Of a stretch of DNA of 64,000 nucleotides, positions 56,770 to 64,000 are shown in pieces. This DNA comes from Phaeosaccion multiseriatum (lineage: Eukaryota; Protista; Ochrophyta, other classes). The notes under the pieces are model-generated. The model did no database searches. It was not told the DNA's origin and was given only the letters and a program-made list of their open reading frames with translations. Made by a program: the position numbers and the translations under genes. The stretch spans positions 3,410,001-3,474,000 of the forward strand of contig OZ218954.1 in NCBI GenBank assembly GCA_965112735.1. The letters run 5' to 3'. Position 1 is the stretch's first letter. Each line of letters opens with the position of its first letter.

Positions 56770-58894
56770 AGGGTGTCTGCGAAATGAGGAAAACGCACTT
56801 TCCCAGTCCTAAATCGTAAATAATTTATTAATCCTCGCCAATCCTTCCCGTATTTATTTGGGAAAAGCAAAGATTAGGGAAATTATTTTCTGGTCCCAAA
56901 TCGGTAATATCAGGAAGAATATGGGCGAAAGTCGACCTCTTCGTCATCGTAAGTCGATGCCTTTCCAACTGCCTTTCCCACTCTGGCGCGCAACTAAACG
57001 ACATGGGCTTGGGACGCCGCAGCAAAGAGCGCAGAGCACCGACAGAGTCTCGGCTTTGATGACAGGGAAGAAAGTAGCGAGAGTAGAGCACCGAGAGAGT
57101 CTTGGCTGTGGTGCAACAAGCGCAGACAGCGGCGGTAGTGAGAGGAGGGAGAGAAGATGGCGCGGTGGGCTCACGGCCCGGCAGACGGCAAGAAGAAGGC
57201 CCGGCGTGCCTTGCGGGTGGCTCTGAGAGGGGCAGGTGGCCTCAGCTGCAACGACCTTCACCGAGCAAGGCGTCTTCGCGCGCTTTCTGTCCGAGCGTTG
57301 CTCGTCTTCGCGATACTGAAGATGCGGAGAGCAGCGTGGAATCTCGTGGTCGCTGCCGGCTTGCTGGTGTTACTGGTGATACGGCGGCGACGGAGACTGC
57401 TTCGGTGGCAGCCCTTCTTGATCAGAACCCTGGTGCGCCCCCCTTTGGCCATCGCAGCATTCACAGAAGACACGTCCTGGGCCAACCTCCGCTTCAAAGT
57501 CGCAGACGTCGCCCAGCTGCTCGTCCTGCTGCAGCTACCACCAATCCTGCGAGCCTCGAATGGGTGCACATGGACTGCTGAGGAGGGGCTCATCCTTTAT
57601 TTGGTGCGCCTGTCGAGCTCAAAGACGCTGGAGGACCTCAGCGAGCAGTATGGAAGAGAGAACACCCAGTTCTCCAGAGTCTTTCACTTGGTACAAGACC
57701 ACATTTTCAACAGGTGGGCAGTACCCAAGCTCGTGAAGTCTGTGGACAAGTGGGTCAACTTCTTTCCCTCTTTTGCAGCGGCTTTCACGACGCATCCTGA
57801 GGAGGTTCCAATTGCTGGGAGGCGGATCGAGGTCATGCAGAGAGTTGCTCTGATCATGGACGGCGCCAAGAGGCCAATCTGCCGCCCCAGCCAGGCGGAG
57901 AACATGCAAGACACGCAGAGAATGTTCTACGACGGTCGCAAGCACCGCCACACACTCGGCTACCAGGGCGTGGAGGCTCCAAATGGAATGATGGTACAGT
58001 ACAGTGGCTTGCAAGTGTGCTGGAGGGAGGGGGGGGGGGGGGGCGGTCTGTATTTAGAGGTCGGAGAGGTCCTTGTCTTGACTAGCAACGCATTTAACGA
58101 CGGTACACATCTCCTCCCAATCCTGCTCTGCCCAGCTTGAAATCTATGGAGCTTTCCCGGGCTCTAGGCACGACGAACACATGCTCGACATCAGCGACCT
58201 TGACCGTCGCATGCTAGATTGCCAAGCAGGCCAACCGACGCAGTACCTTGTGTATGGCGACAAGGGCTACGTGGCGGCTCGCACAAACATCGTTCACACT
58301 ATTCGCAGGGCTGGCGGACTGCCCCTTCTTGCCGAGGATGACGAAGAGAACCAGAGCATGAGTCGCCGCCGGATCGCTGTGGAGTGGGGCTTCGTGCAAA
58401 CCACACAGGCCTTCCGCTTCCTCAACTGTCTGGCCAAGCAGCAGCTTCTCGGAGGCGGGAATATCGCGAGGAGTTACTTCAATGGCCAGTTCCTCGCCAA
58501 CTGCCGCTGCTGCCTGTATGGCAATCAGATTTCCAAATACTTTGGAGTGAAGCCCCCAAGCCTCGATGAGTACTTCACTCTCTTCTAGGCACAGCAAATC
58601 AAAGTATCGTATAGGATTGAAACGAAACTACCATTATGATGTCAGTGACGGCTCCCTTGCTGCCGACAATACAATCATTGCTACTGCCAAACCCTCGCTT
58701 GCGTGTGTGTACCGTGCGTGCTGTCCACAACCCGACCTGCCCTCGCCCCCGCATGTGCTCTTCAAAACCGAGTGATTTCCACATTCTACCTGCTACCTCT
58801 GCCTGGGGTACCTCTCTACTGTGTGCTATTCGTACTCCTGCTACCTCTGCCCTCGCCAGCCCCCTGCTCCCTCCCTCGCTCTCCTACACGATGC

Positions 58895-58939
<45 letters not shown>

Positions 58940-59040
58940 CGTTGTTGTTGTTGTTGTCTAGGGCTTCAAAGTATCTGGTTTGCCGAGCACACTTTCTCCA
59001 CCTGAACGGGCTCGGCAAACCAGATACTTTGAAGCCCTAG
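56770..59040 (+). mobile_element. PIF/Harbinger-superfamily DNA transposon, probably right-truncated
   Basis: Starts abruptly inside a repeat unit (TTA|GGGTGTCTGCGAAATG..., candidate left end) and carries a DDE transposase. No matching right TIR or partner ORF seen by eye. Confidence 0.7.
57157..58588 (+). CDS. Harbinger/IS5-like DDE transposase (exons 57157-57993, 58136-58588)
   Basis: HTH-like region (EEGLILYLVRLS...LEDLSEQYGR), IMDG, ICRP..Q..FYDGRKHRH, spliced PNGMM|LEIYGAFPGSRHD, YGDKGY, N..MSRRRIAVEWGF. D-D-E intact. 142-bp gtacag...cccag intron. Confidence 0.93.
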
Positions 59041-59063
59041 GCAACAACAACAACAACAACAAC
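58940..59063. repeat. Perfect 31-bp inverted repeat with 21-nt loop, extended by (GTT)n/(AAC)n
   Basis: ctagggcttcaaagtatctggtttgccgagc (58958-58988) and gctcggcaaaccagatactttgaagccctag (59010-59040). Confidence 0.95.
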
Positions 59064-59960
59064 GCTGATGCGACTCCGACCGGCCCGTGCTCGAGAGGCT
59101 CGGGCTCGCTGATGATCTTCAGGACCGAACAATGTATTCTCGCTCCCTTAATATTTCCAGCCTGCACCTTCGCTTCGATTCGCTCAGGCGCCCACGCCTC
59201 AGCCTACGTGGGACCCTCCCACTCGCCCAGGGAGTATGAAAGGGTCGAACGTAGCTTGATGCGGTGGCATCTGAGCGAAGCGAAGCGACCGTGCTCAGAC
59301 AATCAAGAGGGGAACAACGCTGATGCGACTCCGACCGGCCCGTGCTCGAGAGGCTTGCCTCGAAGCGAGAGGCAAGTGCAAGTCAGCGCCTCGACCTCGC
59401 TGATGATCTTCAGGCCGAACAATGTATTCTCGCTCCCTTCATATTTCCAGCCTGTACCTTCGCTTCGATTCGCTCAGGCGCCCACGCCTCAGCCTACGTG
59501 GGACCCTCCCACTCGCCCAGGGAGTAAGAAGGATCGAACGTAGTCTGATGCGGTGGCATCTGAGCGAAGCGAAGCGACCGTGCTCAGACAATCAAGAGGA
59601 GAACCACGCTGATGCGACTCCGACCGGCCCGTGCTCGAGAGGCTTGCCTCGAAGCGAGAGGCAAGTGCATTGCTCATCCATAATGTTGGCGCCGCATCTC
59701 AATGTGGAGCATCGTCACGTGATCGAGCTCTTCCTGGGCCTGCCTGGATCTTCGCTCGCTTCGCCTCGCTCAGGCGCCTACGCCTCAGCCTACGTAGGAC
59801 TCTCCCACTCGCCCAAGGAGCGAGGAGGGTCACAGGTAGCCTGAGGCGGTGGCAGTTGAGCGAAGCGAAACGACCGACTCAGAGAATCAGGGGGAAACCA
59901 ATGTGATGCGACTCCGCCCCGCCAGTGCTGCAGAGTCTCGTCTCGAAGCGAGCGACAGCT
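59061..59960. repeat. Structured tandem repeat, right array (~3.5 units, 290-296-bp period)
   Basis: Same unit and orientation as 56285-56769. Unit starts at 59171, 59461 and 59757; the last is the most diverged. Confidence 0.92.
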
Positions 59961-60373
59961 AAGCGAGGTGGCGGACGCCGCGAGCATCACCCGCCTCCAA
60001 GCGCTGCCGTGCCTTTCCTCCCGCTTGTGGTGCCGTCTTGCTTTAATAACCTACTCCCTTTTCCTCTCTCCATTACTTGTGTGACTAACTGTGCACTTCG
60101 ATGCGCATCGCTTCTAGTCGAAGGAGCGAGCGAAGGTGGCCCGGCAGAGGGTAGGGCACCATGACCCTCCATCGGTGCCCCTTCTGCTTTTGTTTGTGGC
60201 CTGATGCTGTCTGTGTTGTGGCTGGCTGTTCCTGAGGGATCCCTTCTCAACTGCCCAATTGACATATTCGTCTCGAACCCTTTTTAAGCCAGGGCAGCGC
60301 GCCAGAAGAAGTTAGAGCAAGAGAGAAGGCCTAGCCAGCCACAGAGAGAGAAGGCTGAGAGCGAGAGCTAAAG

Positions 60374-60910
60374 ATGGGTGTCTACGCCTTGCCTGCGACA
60401 ATGACGCTGTTCCTGCTGTGCCTGGTCCTTCTCCTCGCGCCCGCGTCCTCGAGCCTCCTCGCCGGGCACGCTCAGACTCGCCAACTGCAGAGCGGCCAGG
60501 CCGAAGCCCCCGCCCCTGCGCCTCCTGTGTGCGAGATCCGGCAGGTATATTGTAAATCACACGAGCGAGTAGAAGGGCGGTGCTGTCAGGCCGATGGAAA
60601 CATCTCCCCAATGGTCATAAGGGCTCCATTATCTCGCTTAAAGCAACCAACCCCCTCTTTACCCTACAATCTGCAGTGCATCTCTGATGTGGCGCTGGTG
60701 CGGCAGATCGACCAGAGGTGCCCCTGTGACGGCCGCTGGACCACGCGGCGAGCCTACATGAAGGACTGCGTGGAGCCGCAGCTCAACGAATGGCGTGACG
60801 AGGGCTGTCTCGAGGGCTCCAAGGCCAAGCTGTTCTGGTGCGTTGCGGGCGCGTGTGTGGCGGCGGAGTTGGGCAAGGCAACGGGCGCGGTTGGTAGCTA
60901 TGCGACTTGA
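60374..60910 (+). CDS. Small secreted cysteine-rich protein
   Basis: Signal peptide MTLFLLCLVLLLAPASS; about 11 Cys in the mature region; intronless 178 aa. Confidence 0.7.
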   Translation: MGVYALPATMTLFLLCLVLLLAPASSSLLAGHAQTRQLQSGQAEAPAPAPPVCEIRQVYCKSHERVEGRCCQADGNISPMVIRAPLSRLKQPTPSLPYNLQCISDVALVRQIDQRCPCDGRWTTRRAYMKDCVEPQLNEWRDEGCLEGSKAKLFWCVAGACVAAELGKATGAVGSYAT

Positions 60911-62138
60911 GTCCCTCGGAGATGGCCAGTCTCGCCGAGGGACAGAATGCTAGACCCAACCAAGTGACACGTAGCGTTTACCTTACCTCGCTTCTGCCTC
61001 TCTCGCCCCCGTCCGCTCGATTCCATCACAGGTTCGCCTATTTCAGCCACATGTACTTTCTGCCTCGTGGCTGCGGCATCTGCGGCCCCGACTGCCCAGA
61101 GAGCGCGAGGCACGACGCGTAGTAGCGAGGATAATTGGGGGTAGTGGCATCAGCAGTTGGATCCATAGCCGGCGGAGCAGGCTTGCCTGTAGTCCTTATC
61201 CCTCGGGGGCAAGAGGGGGGGGGGGTGGGGTGAGAGGACAACGTACGAGCAGGGAGCAAGCGAAAAGCAAGGCGGTCGGCGGAAACTTTCAAGCCGCTCA
61301 GAATTTGTGTGCCCCGACGAGCGGCCATGCGAGTAAGAGTTCTACTTGAATTCCATGTGCGAGGCTGGTCGTTGTCGTGGCGAGATGCATCGAGTGCACC
61401 TGCCGCCCCTGCACAATTCGATTCTCGGAAGGGCACGATCCATCTGCCTTCACGCCCCATTCTTCCTCGAGCAAAAAAGGCTCAACCAAGCACAGCTCAG
61501 CGACGGCACGAGGCTATCTAAGAGCCCTCCATATTGTTGACATTTACGATTTGTGCTATTAGTCGCCGTCTCACTTGCTTGAATAGTGGCCTTGGCTTGC
61601 TACCAGCGCGTGTGGAGTACCGCTGCTCTCCTCAATCGCCAACCCAGGTGCATGTCGCATGTCACTTCTTCGTGAGTGGACCCCCCCTGGGGAAAAAGGG
61701 TTTGGTGGCTCCAGCTAAACCCAGGGGCGATTGAACAGGCCAGTGAGTGAGTGGGCAAAGGTCACTCGCTGGCTCCAACGCAAAGAGACTCACTACAAAG
61801 ACACTGAATTTGGTTTCACTTCCTAATCTTACTTCCCGTCAGTTAAGTTAGCTGCCATTGCAAGGCTGCGAGTGGCGTGCTCCCAGCGAGAGCTTTCATG
61901 GCAAGAGTTGTACGACACTCAATGATGGTGATGTCCTGGGCATCGACACTTTACTCGTTCCTATTTGGCTTCAATTTAGAATATTCGCTGTCTGCATAGC
62001 TGTGCCTGGCAATCAATCACTGGGGCATGCAGATATATCGATGTCTTGCTTGACAATCATTCACGAAAACAGGAAAGACGCTCCCATAGTCAAGGTCAAC
62101 AAACTGAAGCTGAAACTGAAACTGAAGCTATACTTCTA

Positions 62139-62398
62139 TCACAGCACGAGTCCCGACTGACGGAGGGCATCCTTGCGATCGTCCTGATTGGGGGGTCCGC
62201 TGGTGCCCACAAGCGTCAACATGTCTTCAGAGGAGGAGGTGAGGTACCGCATCATTACTTTCACGTCCGCGGGCATTACACTGGGTGGGGGATGGGTGGG
62301 GGAGGGAGGAAGAGGGAGGGAGGGAGGGAGGGAGGGAGAGGGCTTAGAGGCATGCGGGGACGCCAATGCGGAGGTGACCAACGGCCGCGCAAGAAGGG

Positions 62399-62451
<53 letters not shown>

Positions 62452-64000
62452 CCTTCCACTCGCTCACTGACCTGTTCACAACGCTTGCATAGTCTCTGAT
62501 GCCGCTGACGTCCTTGCTGGGTATGCAGTCCATCTGAATGCCGCTCATCATGGAGGCCCAAGAGGAGGCAGGCAAACTGCGCTGCCTCTCCGTGAGCTCT
62601 TGCTTAGCGGCCTCCACAAGCATGCCCATGAGCGGGGCGGAGACAGAAGAAGAAGAGGAGGAGGAGGAGGACTCATCCTCACAGTTGGCGAGGTCCTGAA
62701 GAACGTCCTTGCATGCCTGGAGAGCCTCTTGCTTCTTGTCCGGCGTGCAGGTGCAGGTGAGGATGTACCAGCCCCCCAGAAGACGCTCGAAGGGGAAGAA
62801 AGAGAAGCCCGCTTCGTACGTCAGGCCCTTCTCCTCGCGCACCTGGGGGGGGGGAACATAATAACACTAGATCAGATCGATGTTGCGGATAAATAATCGA
62901 TAGTATCGAGAACGTATCGAGAACGACAGAATGGTGCCTGCAAGTGAAAGTGAAACTGAAACGCACCTGCTGGTAGAGGAGGCCGTTGGTGATGAACTCA
63001 ATCACGTCGAGCACAGCGCTGGCGAACAGGGGGTGGCTGCGAAGCTGGGGGGCGGTCTCGTCGTCTCCGATGCCGCGTGCTTCAGCCTATACACGGTGTG
63101 TGTGTTCGTGTGTGTGTGTGAGAGAGAGAGAGAGGGAGAGTGTGTATGTGAGAGAGACAGAGAGAGTGTGTGTAGGCGTGTGCACGTGTGTGCGCGCTGG
63201 TGCAAAAATTATACTGCCCCAACTTAACAAGCCGGCCAACTCAGGAAGTCAGCAATGGTCTCCCTCCCTCCCCTCTCCTCACCTCCTTGACGAGAATGTC
63301 ACCCACATCGACATCATCCGCCGTCAGACCGAAGCGATTCGGGGCCTTGCCTCCAATGTAGACGACGGCTCGCTCGTCGGTGTCCACAAGGTGCACCTGT
63401 TGGTGGTTCGAAGAGTCACTGCTGGCGCCGACGAGGACGGGACCGGAGGGCTTTAGTGCATCACTCTCCTGCCGGCCGATTGATCGATTCATGGAGTTGT
63501 ACGAGGATAAGCAGAGGTATATGGGGAGGGAAGGGAAAAGGAATGGAGGAAAGGTCAATTGATCGATTCATGGAGTTGTACGTGGAGGTGTATCGTATAT
63601 ATATAGGGGAATAGAAGTCGAAGATAAGTAGAAGTATATGGGGAGGGAAGGGAAAAGGAATGGAGGAAAGGTCAATTGATCGATTCATAGAGTTGTACGT
63701 GGAGGTGTATCGTATATATATATAGGGGAATAGAAGTCGAAGATAAGTAGAGATAAATGGGGAGGGAAGGGAAAAGGAATGGAGGAAAGGTCAATTGATC
63801 GATTCATAGAGTTGTACGTGGAGGTGTATCGTATGTAGGGGAAGAGAAGTCGAAGATAAGTAGAGGCATATGGGGAGAGAAGTGACAACGAATAAAGGAA
63901 AGGAGTGAGAGAGAGAGATAGGAGGAGAGACAGACAAAGAGGGCAGCTAGAAACAGGGCTATAGCTACCTCCGTCGTACCGGTCGTGGAATGCGCTCCTT
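62139..64000 (-). CDS. M16 metallopeptidase, stromal processing peptidase-like (3' exons; gene enters from the right edge)
   Basis: HLVDTDERAVVYIGGKAPNRFG, LRSHPLF, VREEKGLTYEAGFSFFPFERLLGGWYILTCTCTPDKKQEALQACKDVL and GIQMDCIPSKDVSGIRD resemble the SPP C-terminal half. Confidence 0.85.
63478..63880 (+). repeat. Intronic minisatellite, ~80-120-bp units (about 4 copies)
   Basis: Repeats of ttgatcgattcat(g/a)gagttgtacg...ggggagggaagggaaaaggaatggaggaaaggtcaa. Confidence 0.9.

Noticed and set aside
56720-56770. Hammerhead ribozyme in the repeat unit (CTGATGA...CGAAC)
   Set aside because: GAAA is replaced by GAAC and I could not build stems I and III. An Infernal search would be needed to revive it.
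1-64000. tRNA/rRNA genes
   Set aside because: None recognisable by eye; tRNAscan-SE/Infernal not run.

Overview
Eukaryotic, GC-rich, microsatellite-laden genomic DNA with GT-AG introns. Bipartite signal+transit peptides with an 'AF' cleavage motif suggest an alga with a secondary red plastid (ochrophyte-like; inference). Supported genes, left to right: PTPA (5' part), membrane-anchored PAN/GH95 alpha-fucosidase, a large PH-domain protein, a 29-repeat PPR protein, a SAP-domain protein, an acidic coiled-coil protein, a short PPR, a plastid aldo-keto reductase, three tandem paralogues sharing the reductase's targeting cassette, PIG-Y, an EEP-family nuclease/phosphatase, PPR-SMR, 3R-MYB, an ankyrin protein, a chimeric Myb/ankyrin pseudo-duplicate next to a degenerate P-loop ORF, a PIF/Harbinger-type transposase flanked by hairpin-repeat arrays, a secreted Cys-rich protein, and the 3' part of an SPP-like M16 peptidase. 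The most striking unexplained signal is the 11-mer GTTGGTGATAC (typical context CAGCAGTTGGTGATACAGCAG). I count 16 exact copies on both strands, 15 of them in exons of four unrelated genes and read in three different frames, so it behaves as a DNA-level signal embedded in coding sequence. Also notable are a TALE-like, apparently shuffled PPR array and the structured repeat arrays around the transposase. All calls come from reading by eye; no database searches were run.
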